From assembly GCA_964016885.1 (NCBI GenBank), contig OZ024742.1, positions 17,546,001 to 17,610,000 of the forward strand: a DNA stretch of 64,000 nt, in the 5' to 3' direction. Position 1 is the stretch's first letter. Each line of letters starts with the position of its first letter. Below the pieces are notes generated by a model, which made no database searches, was not told the origin of the DNA, and saw only the letters and a program-made list of their open reading frames with translations. Origin of the DNA: Eledone cirrhosa (Eukaryota). Both the position numbers and the translations under genes were made by a program. Positions 26,462 to 40,000 of the stretch are shown in pieces.

Positions 26462-26740
26462 CAAAGGAATTGTGGTAAGGAACCAGATGGACCATAACGC
26501 ACCAGAGTACTCAATACTTAGGGTAGTAGAATGGGAAATAGGAAAAAGTATGACCCCGACGGCAGAGCTCAAGCCGTTTCGACGGCTGTTTCTGGACTAA
26601 ATTAGAATTTTTAGCCGGGTGAATAAATAGCCGAACTTGTCAAGGGGGTACTTCCTTATATGGGAAGATTATAGTTGTCACCGTACGACGGTGCCTCTAC
26701 CTCTCCACGAGGAGTTATGGGATCTTTATTCTATGATCCT
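26460..26740 (-). mobile_element. Hammerhead-bearing short element (PLE pseudo-LTR/retrozyme-like) with its 3' end joined to (TA)n
   Basis: Three related copies in the window (25170, 26460, 30578) share the terminus ...TTCCTT(T/C)GTT followed by (AT)n. Confidence 0.75.
26538..26659 (-). ncRNA. Extended type I hammerhead ribozyme motif, U3-A8 variant
   Basis: Minus strand AGGAAGTA-C-CCCC-TTGACAA-G..CGGCT...AGCCG.C-GAAA-CGGC-TTGAGCTCT-GCCG-TC/GGGG-TCA-TACTTTTTCCT. GUC triplet, predicted cut between 26558 and 26557 (manual fold). Confidence 0.72.
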
Positions 26741-29700
26741 ATAGATAGATATGTTTCTTTATTAGCCACAGGGGCACAAAAGAAGGGGACAAATACAAAG
26801 GGGGAATTTTACATACAATATGAACGTGTAAAATATTAACACAAATGTAATTTAAAGTTAATCGATTTTCCCCAATAGGGGGAGACATTTCATATGGGTA
26901 AAACATACCCCTGAAAAAAATGTGCAACCCTCATCTCCAGGAGTACGAAGAGTTTGAATCCCCTTCCTCTCTTCCTCCTTTTCCTCAACCTAAAGGCTGA
27001 TATAGAGAGAAGGCCCATTCAGTCGGGCCATTCTCGCCACATTCACCCACCTTTCATAAAACTTGCTGCGGTACAGTACCTCTCTCTCCATTCTGGTTCT
27101 TCTTCCAGAGTGGTATTTGAAAAAAAGAATCAGTTGTTGGGCGGAGAGAAAGGTGTCTGACCTCAACCCTTTTAACCTCGTCCACCATACAACCTCTTTC
27201 GCCATAGCTATCACACAAAGGAAAACTGCCTCTCCTTCATTTTTGAAGGAGGGTGGCGGTTTGATTATGACAATGGACTCGGTGGTCAACTGGATTGGTC
27301 CCACCCGCGACAATAGTCATTCTACATAGCCCCACAAGTCGGTAATACCCGAGCAGTGTACAAATGCGTTGGCGACGGTTTCCTCGTCGCACACGCATCT
27401 CGGACAGATCTTTTTCGAAGGGTCCCTGCCCGGGCGCCCGTGTCTGTAGAGCTTGTCTCGAACTGGTAGAGCTCCTCGGTAGCACTGGATGGCCAGGGAC
27501 TTTTGGAAGTTGTCCATCGGTCCAAGGCGGAAGCTTCTACCGAACAGACTGGCCAGTTCGTCTTCCTCTACGTCTAGAGTTTCTCCGAGCGCGTCGTCCC
27601 ACTTGCTGCGGACCAACCCTCTATAGAATGGCGAAGTGGAGTCTCCACTGATCACCGGGTCCGCCTGCCAGAGGGCTGTGAGCGCCTGATCACATTAGAT
27701 GTGCCAGTCGCCCATTTTCCTCGGTCTTTGCTTGAACCAGGACTGCAGCTCGGTCAGCAAGACGAGTCGTGGGAATGCTCGCCTCATGAACGGGGCCCAC
27801 ACCGGTTGTCCGGTGAGGAATACGTGGAGGTGCCGCAGCCTGAGCGCGTGTTTGCGCATCGTCAGCCACAGCATTCCCAGCCCTCCGTTTGAAGGGCGTT
27901 GGCCAGCAGATGGATCTTCTCAACAAAGGAGCCCGCTTCTTCCAAAGGAATTGGAAGACCGCGTGCTCCATTTTGGTGAGCGTTTTGGCTGTACAAGGCA
28001 CCACGGTCAAGCGGTAGTAGATGACGGACGCTATAAAAGTGTTCGCCATCTCCGCTCGACCTTTCAAGGATAGTTTGCACTCGGCCCACTTCTGGGTGAG
28101 TTCAAACACCTTGGCCGTCACCTCGTTCCAGTTCTTCTCCACCTGGAGGTCCGGACCAAACTAGACCCCGAGCAGCTTTACTGGTCCTTCCGTCCAGCAT
28201 CCGACGACGCCATCGGAAGGCATCGGTCTGCCTCTCCACGATCCGAGTTGCAAACCGACGGACTTTTCCCGGTTCAGCTTCGCTCCTGTGAACCTTTCGT
28301 ATTCCTTCAGTAAGGTGCCAACTTCCTCGATTTGCGAGGTGCTCGACACCATTATCGTTACGTCGTCAGCGTAGGCCGACGCCGCTTTCCGCAGTCCCGA
28401 TTCCAGAGGGATGCCCTGCAATAGCTCCAAATTCCGCAGGAGTGGTTCGAGAGTCAGTACGTACAGAAGGGAGGAGAGAGGGCATCCCTGTCGAATGGAT
28501 CGCGTGATATGGAACGGCTCTGAGAGGTAGCCATTCACCTTGACCGTTGAGCAGATGTTGCTGTTGTGCATTGCAGTAATCCAGCCCCTGAACACGGGTC
28601 CGGATCTTGCCGCCTCGAGCACCGCATCCAGGTAACGATGGTCAACCCTATCGAAAGCCTTAGACTGATCCAGGTTGATCAGGCCCCAAAGCCGGGTTTA
28701 CACCCTACCCTCTATGATGTATCGCATGAGGTAGAGGTTGACGTGTATGGACCTGGTCGGGATTGCGCATGTCTGCGTTTTTCCCACCAGGTTTTCGACG
28801 ACAAGCACCAGCCTCTTTTCCAACACCTTGGCCAAAATCTGTAACTCTGTGTTTAGCATAGTCATGGGCCGGAAGTTGTCTATGTCAACCCCCTTGTTCT
28901 CGTCCTTCCTGACTAACGTGACTACGCCCCTGTTCACACAACTGGAAATTCTCCCGTTCTGCTGCCAGTTGTAGTAGACCACTTCCAGGAGACCGGAGTA
29001 CAAGTCCGGCATTGCTACGTAAAATTCGTAGCTTCGACCGTCGAGACCTGGAGATTTGCGTTTGCCGCATTGACTCAGCGCGTCTCCTATCTCAGCGGCT
29101 GAAATCGGCTTTTCGCAGAACTTCGCTTCGCTGTCCAAGAGTCGCGGTAGGCCGTCGAGGTATGGAACAAAATCCATAGCCCCTCCCGGCGCGCCGCCCT
29201 GCCCGAACAGCTGAGCAAAGTGCCGCTGAAAGGCCCCGCACATCTGCTTCGGCTCACGTATCACGCGTCCGTTTTGGTCCTTCAAAGACCGAATCGTGGA
29301 CTTGTTGCCACTTTTCGCCACCGTCACCCGGGCCCAGCTAACAGCTTTGGCTCCCTCGTTACCCAGAGCACGTATTTTGCTTCTGACAACGCAGCCCCCA
29401 TGCTTTGCGTCGAAGAACTGGTCCAATGCCGTTCTCGTTGCTGGCATGCTGGCTACGTTGCCACTTCTAATTGCCTCTTCTACTTCATCTACCAGTTCCT
29501 TCTCGGTCCTATTTCTATTTAACGCTAATTCTTTACTAAAAACTAACGAGTCTAATCTAACTGCCCTCTTGAGAGAGTTCTACCATATGTTGTTGACAAT
29601 GGCCCCTGTTAAGTGGTGTTTAACTAAAGTGCTAATCCGTCTACTGTAGGCTTTGCATGTCGGTAACGACAAGTTTAGCTTCCAGTAGCCGGGCCCTTGT

Positions 29701-30397
29701 CTATGGGTTCTATCAAGGTTGACCATGCAGGTCACTAGTTTGGGATCTGAATAAGCAAGCATGAACATTTGTGGACAGCTTAAAATGTCCCTATCTTTAT
29801 TTCTAACTAGAACTCTATCTAGGTACGATCTAGATGTTCCGCTTCGATTAGTCCACGTCCACAGTGGCACAGTCGGAAAATCTAGTCGATATCTATCGGC
29901 CAGGTCAAATCGGCCGGTTAACTGTTTGAGGCTGTTACACACCCCTTTTTCGGGACATGCTCCCACATAGTCCCAACGTGCATCTAGGATTTCATTCCAG
30001 TCCCCCACTAAAAGCAAGGAGCGGGACGTTCCCAGAAAAGCCTCTAGATGTTTGAAGAAGTCTGGCCGCGGTGTCCCGGATGGGGCATATGCGACCAACA
30101 GCCTGAAGGCTCCACCTTCACTACCGTCAACGTCTAGGACCACCAGTCGACTCTCCGGATCCAGATGTATCGTCTGTGTTACGAGGTCCAGGTGTTTCCA
30201 AAACGGCAACCCCACCCCCACCTCCCGGCTGACAGAGAGATGCGTAGATCTCAAAGTCATCGAAGATGCGGCCAGTTGTCGTTCGCTGTGGATCCTGGAC
30301 GCGCAAATGATTACTACATCCATGCTGTTCGACCTGAGGTCGTTTAAGAGTTTGCCCTGTTTCCAAGGCATCCCCAGGCCGCGTACATTTACTGAGC
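26741..30397 (-). mobile_element. Non-LTR retrotransposon, L1/Tx1-like, ORF2 plus 3' UTR only
   Basis: GC-rich block encoding APE, RT and a C-terminal Cys/His motif. The 3' end has AATAAA (plus-strand TTTATT 26758-63) and a short (TATC)n tail. No ORF1 upstream. Confidence 0.9.
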
Positions 30398-30401
30398 TCA
30401 A
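26990..30401 (-). pseudogene. Tx1-like ORF2 (apurinic endonuclease, reverse transcriptase, zinc-knuckle-like C-terminus), frameshifted
   Basis: APE: SVNVRGL, GDWN, SYLDR, GPGYWKLN. RT: KSPGLDG, FRPMTMLN, DQSKAFDRV (~28680-28650), RQGCPLS, YADD. C-terminus: KLSLKGRA, CPRC...ETVANAFVHC. Confidence 0.92.
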
Positions 30402-30576
30402 GCCGTTTCGACGGCTAATTCTGGACTAAAAGACATTTTAATCCAGAATTAGCCGTCGAAAAGGCTTGAGCTCAGCCGTCGGGGTCCTAATCGTTCATAT
30501 TACCCACTCTACTACCCTAAGTATTGAGTACTTTGGTGCGTTATGGTCCACCTGGTTCCTTACCACATTTCCTTCG

Positions 30577-30578
<2 letters not shown>
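30392..30578 (+). mobile_element. Inverted copy of the hammerhead-tail element with an 84-bp fold-back, ending in (TA)n
   Basis: 30436-30578 is a diverged reverse complement of 26460-26601. 30392-30475 is itself a hairpin. It carries only the 3' half of the HHR (GAAA-AGGC-TTGAGCTCA-GCCG-TC-GGGG). Confidence 0.88.
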
Positions 30579-30627
<49 letters not shown>

Positions 30628-30783
30628 AAAGAATAGAGGTGTAACACACAAGTTATTATATATTGGTAAACGGAATAGAAAATGCTGGCAAATTGTTCAC
30701 AGTTGAAAAATGGTTTAATTAGGAATAAAAGAGTATTAGTGATTGTATGGGTTAGTATTCAGTTGTGGTTTTAAGTTTTTAAG

Positions 30784-30821
30784 TTTTCACCGGTTGCGCA
30801 TTTCTAAATGCTTTTCAAAAA
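30784..30821 (-). ncRNA. Degenerate hammerhead-like motif (same design as 24319-24356)
   Basis: Minus strand TTT-TTGAAAA-GCATT-TAGA-AATGC-GCAA-CCGG-TG-AAAA. Two core positions deviate (GCAA for GAAA, UG for UH). Confidence 0.45.
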
Positions 30822-30858
30822 TAATTTTGAGATAGAGTGTCCGTGCTGTTTGCTCTGA

Positions 30859-30913
<55 letters not shown>

Positions 30914-31052
30914 TAGTAATTCCTGGGGAATTAGTTGACCAAATGCTTTGCTTAATTGTTTTAATTATTTTTAAAAAATGTTATTCTTTCTCTTAGATTT
31001 CAGATAATTGACGTTGGTAGCTACTTCAATTGTCTTTAAATGTAACGTATGG

Positions 31053-34000
31053 TCTATGTAACCTTATACTTTCTATTCTACTGTCTCTATGGAACCTTAT
31101 ACTTTCTATTCTACTGTCTCTATGTAACCTTATACTTTCTATTCTACTGTCTCTATGTAACCTTATACTTTCTATTCTACTGTCTCTATGTAACCTTATA
31201 CTTTCTATTCTACTGTCTCTATGTAACCTTATACTTTCTATTCTACTGTCTCTATGTAACCTTATACTTTCTATATCTACTGTCTTTATGTAACCTTATA
31301 CTTTCTATTCTACTGTCTCTATGTAACCTTATACTTTCTATTCTACTGTCTCTATGTAACCTTATACTTTCTATTCTACTGTCTCTATGTAACCTTATAC
31401 TTTCTATATCTACTGTCTCTATGTAACCTTATACTTTCTATTCTACTGTCTCTATGTAACCTTATACTTTCTATTCTACTGTCTCTATGTAACCTTATAC
31501 TTTCTATATCTACTGTCTTTATGTAACCTTATACTTTCTATTCTACTGTCTCTATGTAACCTTATACTTTCTATTCTACTGTCTCTATGTAACCTTATAC
31601 TTTCTATTCTACTGTCTCTATGTAACCTTATACTTTCTATATCTACTGTCTCTATGTAACCTTATACTTTCTATTCTACTGTCTCTATGTAACCTTATAC
31701 TTTCTATTCTACTGTCTCTATGTAACCTTATACTTTCTATATCTACTGTCTCTATGTAACCTTATACTTTCTATTCTACTGTCTCTATGTAACCTTATAC
31801 TTTCTATTCTACTGTCTCTATGTAACCTTATACTTTCTATTCTACTGTCTCTATGTAACCTTATACTTTCTATATCTACTGTCTCTATGTAACCTTATAC
31901 TTTCTATTCTACTGTCTCTATGTAACCTTATACTTTCTATTCTACTGTCTCTATGTAACCTTATACTTTCTATACTGTCTCTATGTAACCTTATACTTTC
32001 TATTCTACTGTCTCTATGTAACCTTATACTTTCTATTCTACTGTCTCTATGTAACCTTATACTGTCTATTCTACTGTCTCTATGTAACCTTATACTTTCT
32101 ATTCTACTGTCTCTATGTAACCTTATACTTTCTATTCTACTGTCTCTATGTAACCTTATACTTTCTATTCTACTGTCTCTATGTAACCTTATACTTTCTA
32201 TACTGTCTCTATGTAACCTTATACTTTCTATTCTACTGTCTCTATGTAACCTTATACTTTCTATTCTACTGTCTCTATGTAACCTTATACTTTCTATACT
32301 GTCTCTATGTAACCTTATACTTTCTATTCTACTGTCTCTATGTAACCTTATACTGTCTATTCTACTGTCTCTATGTAACCTTATACTTTCTATTCTACTG
32401 TCTCTATGTAACCTTATACTTTCTATACTGTCTCTATGTAACCTTATACTTTCTATTCTACTGTCTCTATGTAACCTTATACTGTCTATTCTACTGTCTC
32501 TATGTAACCTTATACTTTCTATATCTACTGTCTCTATGTAACCTTATACTTTCTATTCTACTGTCTCTATGTAACCTTATACTTTCTATACTGTCTCTAT
32601 GTAACCTTATACTTTCTATTCTACTGTCTCTATGTAACCTTATACTTTCTATTCTACTGTCTCTATGTAACCTTATACATTCTATTCTACTGTCTCTATG
32701 TAACCGTATACTTTCTATTCTACTGTCTTTATGTAACCTTATACTTTCTATTCTACTGTCTCTATGTAACCTTATACATTCTATTCTACCGTCTCTATGT
32801 AACCTTATGCTTTCTATTCTACTGTCTCTATGTAACCTTATACTTTCTATTCTACTGTCTCTATGTAAGCTTATTCTTTCTATTCTACTGTCTCTATGTA
32901 AACTTATACTTTCTATTCTACTGTCTCTATATAAGCTTATACTTTCTATTCTACTGTCTCTATGTAACCTTATACTTTCTATTCTACTGTCTCTATGTAA
33001 CCTTATACTTTCTATTCTACTGTCACTATGTAACCTTATACTTTCTATTCTAAAGTCTCTATGTAACCTTATACTTTCTATTCTATTGTCTCTATGTAAG
33101 CTTATACTTTCTATTCTACTGTCTCTATGTAACCTTATACTTTCTGTTCTACTGTCTCCATGTAAGCTTATACTTTCTATTCTACTGTCTCTATGTAACC
33201 TTATACTTTCTATTCTACTGTCTCTATGTAAGCTTATACTTTCTATTCTACTGTCTCTATGTTACCTTATACATTCTATTCTACTGTCTCTAAGTAACCT
33301 TATACTTTCTATTCTACTGTCTCTATTTAACCTTATACTTTCTATTCTACTGTCTCTATGTAACATTATACTTTCTATTCTACTGTCTCTATGTAACCTT
33401 ATACTTTCTATTCTACTGTCTCTATGTAACCTTATACTTTCTATTCTATTATCTCTATGTAACCTTATACTTTCTATTCTACTGTCTCTATGTAACCTTA
33501 TACTTTCTATACTGTCTCTATTTAACCTTATACTTTCTATTCTACTGTCTCTATGTAACATTATACTTTCTATTCTACTGTCTCTATGTAACCTTATACT
33601 TTCTATTCTACTGTCTCTATGTAACCTTATACTTTCTATTCTATTATCTCTATGTAAATTTATACTTTCTATTCTACTATCTCTATGTAACCTTATACTT
33701 TCTATTCTACTGTCTCTATGTAACCTTATACTTTCTATTCTACTGTCTCTATGTAACCTTATACTTTCTATTCTACTCTCTCTATGTAACCTTATACTTT
33801 CTATTCTACTCTCTCTATGTAACCTTTTACTTTCTATACTGTCTCTATGTAACCTTATACTTTCTATTCTACTGTCTCTATGTAACCTCATACTTTCTAT
33901 TCTACTGTCTCTATGTAACCTTATACTTTCTATTCTACTGTCTCTATATAACATTATACTTTCTATTCTACTGTCTCTATGTAACCTTATACTTTCTATA

Positions 34001-37000
34001 CTGTCTCTATATAACCTTATTCTTTCTATTCTACTGTCTCTATGTAACCTTATACTTTCTATTCTACTGACTCTATGTAACCTTATACTTTCTATTCTAC
34101 TGTCTCTATGTAACCTTATACTATCTATTCTACTGTCTCTACGTAACCTTATACTTTCTATTCTACTGTCTCTATGTAACCTTATACTTTCTATTCTACT
34201 GTCTCTATGTAACCTTATACTTTCTATTCTACTGTCTCTATGTAACCTTATACTTTCTATTCTACTGTTTCTATGTAACCTTATACTTTCTATACTGTCT
34301 CTATGTAACCTTATACTTTCTATTCTACTGTCTCTATGTAACCTTATACTTTCTATTCTATTATCTCTATGTAACCTTTTACTTTCTATACTGTCTCTAC
34401 GTAACCTTATACTTTCTATTCTACTGTCTCTATGTAACCTTATACTTTCTATTCTACTGTCTCTATGTAACCTTATACTTTCTATTCTACTGTCTCTATG
34501 TAACCTTATACTTTCTATTCTATTATCTCTATGTAACCTTATACTTTCTATTCTACTGTCTCTATGTAACCTTATACTTTCTATTCTACTGTCTCTATGT
34601 AACCGTATACGTTCTATACTGTCTCTATGTAACCTTATACTTTCTATACTGTCTCTACGTAACCTTATACTTTCTATTCTACTGTCTCTACGTAACCTTA
34701 TACTTTCTATTCTACTGTCTCTATGTAACCTTATACTTTCTATTCTATTATCTCTATGTAACCTTTTACTTTCTATTCTACTCTATCTATGTAACCTTAT
34801 ACTTTCTATACTGTCTCTATGTAACCTTATACTTTCTATTCTACTGTCTCTATGTAACCTTATACTTTCTATACTGTCTCTATGTAACTTTATACTTTCT
34901 ATTCTACTGTCTCTATGTAACCTTATACTTTCTATACTGTCTCTATGTAACCTTATACTTTCTATTCTACTGTCTCTATGTAACCTTATACTTTCTATTC
35001 TACTGTCTCTATGTAACCTTATACTTTCTATTCTACTGACTTTATGTAACCTTATTCTTTCTATTCTACTGTCTCTATGTAACCTTATACTTTCTATTCT
35101 ACTGTCTCTATGTAACCTTATACTTTCTATTCTACTGTCTCTATGTAACCTTATACTTTCTATTCTACTGTCTCTATGTCACCTTATACTTTCTATTCTA
35201 CTGTCTCTATGTAACCTTATATTTTCTATTCTACTGTCTCTATGTAATCTTATACTTTCTGTTCTACTGTCTCAATGTAACATTATACTTTCTATTCTAC
35301 TGACTCTATGTAACCTTATACTTTCTATTCTACTGTCTCTATGTAACCTTATACTTTCTATTCTACTGTCTCTATGTAACATTATACTTTCTATTCTACT
35401 GTCTCTATGTAACCTTATACTTTCTATACTGTTTCTATGTAACCTTATATTTTATATTCTACTGTCTCTATGTAACATTATACTTTCTATTCTACTGTCT
35501 CTATGTAACCTTATACTTTCTATTCTACTGTCTCTATGTAACCTTATACTTTTTATTCTACTGTCTCTATGTAACCTTATACTTTCTATTTAACTGTCTC
35601 TGTGTAACCTTATACTTTCTATACTGTCTCTATGTAACCTTATATTTTATATTCTACTGTCTCTATGTAACATTATACTTTCTATTCTACTGTCTCTATG
35701 TAACCTTATACTTTCTATTCTACTGTCTCTATGTAACATTATACTTTCTATACTGTCTCTATGTAACCTTATACTTTCTATTCTACTGTCTCTATGTAGC
35801 CTTATACTTTCTATTCTACTGTCTCTATGTAACCTTATACTTTCTATTCTACTGTCTCTATGTAACCTTCTACCTTCTATTCTACTGTCTCTATGTAACC
35901 TTATACTTTCTATTCTACTGTCTCTATGTAACCTTATACTTTCTATTCTACTGTCTCTATGAAACCTTATACTTTCTATTCAACTGTCTCTATGTCACCT
36001 TATACTTTCTATTCTACTGTCTCTATGTAACCTTATACTTTCTATTCTACTGTCTCTATGTAACCTTATACTTTCTGTTCTACTGTCTCAATGTAACCTT
36101 ATACTTTCTATTCTACTGACTCTATGTAACCTTATACTTTCTATTTTACTGTCTCTATGTAACCTTGTACTTTCTATTCTACTGTCTCTATGTAACCTTA
36201 TACTTTCTATTCTACTGTCTCTATGTAACCTTATACTTTCTATACTGTCTCTATGTAACCTTATACTTTCTATTCTACTGTCTCTATGTAACCTTATACT
36301 TTCTATTCTACTGTCTCTATGTAACCTTATACTTTCTATACTGTCTCTATGTAACCTTATACTTTCTATTCTACTGTCTCTATGTAACCTTATACTGTCT
36401 ATTCTACTGTCTCTATGTAACCTTATACTTTCTATTCTACTGTCTCTATGTAACCTTATACTTTCTATACTGTCTCTATGTAACCTTATACTTTCTATTC
36501 TACTGTCTCTATGTAACCTTATACTGTCTATTCTACTGTCTCTATGTAACCTTATACTTTCTATATCTACTGTCTCTATGTAACCTTATACTTTCTATTC
36601 TACTGTCTCTATGTAACCTTATACTTTCTATACTGTCTCTATGTAACCGTATACTTTCTATTCTACTGTCTTTATGTAACCTTATACTTTCTATTCTACT
36701 GTCTCTATGTAACCTTATACATTCTATTCTACCGTCTCTATGTAACCTTATGCTTTCTATTCTAGTGTCTCTATGTAACCTTATACTTTCTATTCTACTG
36801 TCTCTATGTAAGCTTATTCTTTCTATTCTACTGTCTCTATGTAAACTTATACTTTCTATTCTACTGTCTCTATATAAGCTTATACTTTCTATTCTACTGT
36901 CTCTATGTAACCTTATACTTTCTATTCTACTGTCTCTATGTAACCTTATACTTTCTATTCTACTGTCACTATGTAACCTTATACTTTCTATTCTAAAGTC

Positions 37001-40000
37001 TCTATGTAACCTTATACTTTCTATTCTATTGTCTCTATGTAAGCTTATACTTTCTATTCTACTGTCTCTATGTAAGCTTATACTTTCTATTCTACTGTCT
37101 CTATGTAACCTTATACTTTCTATTCTACTGTCTCTATGTAAGCTTATACTTTCTATTCTACTGTCTCTATGTTACCTTATACATTCTATTCTACTGTCTC
37201 TAAGTAACCTTATACTTTCTATTCTACTGTCTCTATTTAACCTTATACTTTCTATTCTACTGTCTCTATGTAACATTATACTTTCTATTCTACTGTCTCT
37301 ATGTAACCTTATACTTTCTATTCTACTGTCTCTATGTAACCTTATACTTTCTATTCTATTATCTCTATGTAACCTTATACTTTCTATTCTACTGTCTCTA
37401 TGTAACCTTATACTTTCTATACTGTCTCTATTTAACCTTATACTTTCTATTCTACTGTCTCTATGTAACATTATACTTTCTATTCTACTGTCTCTATGTA
37501 ACCTTATACTTTCTATTCTACTGTCTCTATGTAACCTTATACTTTCTATTCTATTATCTCTATGTAAATTTATACTTTCTATTCTACTATCTCTATGTAA
37601 CCTTATACTTTCTATTCTACTGTCTCTATGTAACCTTATACTTTCTATTCTACTGTCTCTATGTAACCTTATACTTTCTATTCTACTCTCTCTATGTAAC
37701 CTTATACTTTCTATTCTACTCTCTCTATGTAACCTTTTACTTTCTATACTGTCTCTATGTAACCTTATACTTTCTATTCTACTGTCTCTATGTAACCTCA
37801 TACTTTCTATTCTACTGTCTCTATGTAACCTTATACTTTCTATTCTACTGTCTCTATGTAACATTATACTTTCTATTCTACTGTCTCTATGTAACCTTAT
37901 ACTTTCTATACTGTCTCTATATAACCTTATTCTTTCTATTCTACTGTCTCTATGTAACCTTATACTTTCTATTCTACTGACTCTATGTAACCTTATACTT
38001 TCTATTCTACTGTCTCTATGTAACCTTATACTATCTATTCTACTGTCTCTACGTAACCTTATACTTTCTATACTGTCTCTATGTAACCTTATACTTTCTA
38101 TTCTACTGTCTCTATGTAACCTTATACTTTCTATTCTATTATCTCTATGTAACCTTTTACTTTCTATACTGTCTCTACGTAACCTTATACTTTCTATTCT
38201 ACTGTCTCTATGTAACCTTATACTTTCTATTCTACTGTCTCTATGTAACCTTATACTTTCTATTCTACTGTCTCTATGTAACCTTATACTTTCTATTCTA
38301 TTATCTCTATGTAACCTTATACTTTCTATTCTACTGTCTCTATGTAACCTTATACTTTCTATTCTACTGTCTCTATGTAACCGTAAACGTTCTATACTGT
38401 CTCTATGTAACCTTATACTTTCTATACTGTCTCTACGTAACCTTATACTTTCTATTCTACTGTCTCTACGTAACCTTATACTTTCTATTCTACTGTCTCT
38501 ATGTAACCTTATACTTTCTATTCTATTATCTCTATGTAACCTTTTACTTTCTATTCTACTCTATCTATGTAACCTTATACTTTCTATACTGTCTCTATGT
38601 AACCTTATACTTTCTATTCTACTGTCTCTATGTAACCTTATACTTTCTATACTGTCTCTATGTAACTTTATACTTTCTATTCTACTGTCTCTATGTAACC
38701 TTATACTTTCTATACTGTCTCTATGTAACCTTATACTTTCTATTCTACTGTCTCTATGTAACCTTATACTTTCTATTCTACTGTCTCTATGTAACCTTAT
38801 ACTTTCTATTCTACTGACTTTATGTAACCTTATTCTTTCTATTCTACTGTCTCTATGTAACCTTATACTTTCTATTCTACTGTCTCTATGTAACCTTATA
38901 CTTTCTATTCTACTGTCTCTATGTAACCTTATACTTTCTATTCTACTGTCTCTATGTCACCTTATACTTTCTATTCTACTGTCTCTATGTAACCTTATAT
39001 TTTCTATTCTACTGTCTCTATGTAATCTTATACTTTCTGTTCTACTGTCTCAATGTAACATTATACTTTCTATTCTACTGACTCTATGTAACCTTATACT
39101 TTCTATTCTACTGTCTCTATGTAACCTTATACTTTCTATTCTACTGTCTCTATGTAACATTATACTTTCTATTCTACTATCTCTATGTAACCTTATACTT
39201 TCTATACTGTTTCTATGTAACCTTATATTTTATATTCTACTGTCTCTATGTAACATTATACTTTCTATTCTACTGTCTCTATGTAACCTTATACTTTTTA
39301 TTCTACTGTCTCTATGTAACCTTATACTTTCTATTTAACTGTCTCTGTGTAACCTTATACTTTCTATACTGTCTCTATGTAACCTTATATTTTATATTCT
39401 ACTGTCTCTATGTAACATTATACTTTCTATTCTACTGTCTCTATGTAACCTTATACTTTCTATTCTACTGTCTCTATGTAACATTATACTTTCTATACTG
39501 TCTCTATGTAACCTTATACTTTCTATTCTACTGTCTCTATGTAGCCTTATACTTTCTATTCTACTGTCTCTATGTAACCTTATACTTTCTATTCTACTGT
39601 CTCTATGTAACCTTCTACTTTCTATTCTACTGTCTCTATGTAACCTTATACTTTCTATTCTACTGTCTCTATGTAACCTTATACTTTCTATTCTACTGTC
39701 TCTATGAAACCTTATACTTTCTATTCAACTGTCGCTATGTCACCTTATACTTTCTATTCTACTGTCTCTATGTAACCTTATACTTTCTATTCTACTGTCT
39801 CTATGTAACCTTATACTTTCTGTTCTACTGTCTCAATGTAACCTTATACTTTCTATTCTACTGACTCTATGTAACCTTATACTTTCTATTTTACTGTCTC
39901 TATGTAACCTTATACTTTCTATTCTACTGTCTCTATGGAACCTTATACTTTCTATTCTACTTTCTCTATGTAACCTTATACTTTCTATTCTACTGTCTCT

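Noticed and set aside
26460-30578. Classical DNA transposon interpretation of the inverted termini
   Set aside because: There is no transposase. The termini are hammerhead-tail fragments that also occur alone at 25170-25300.
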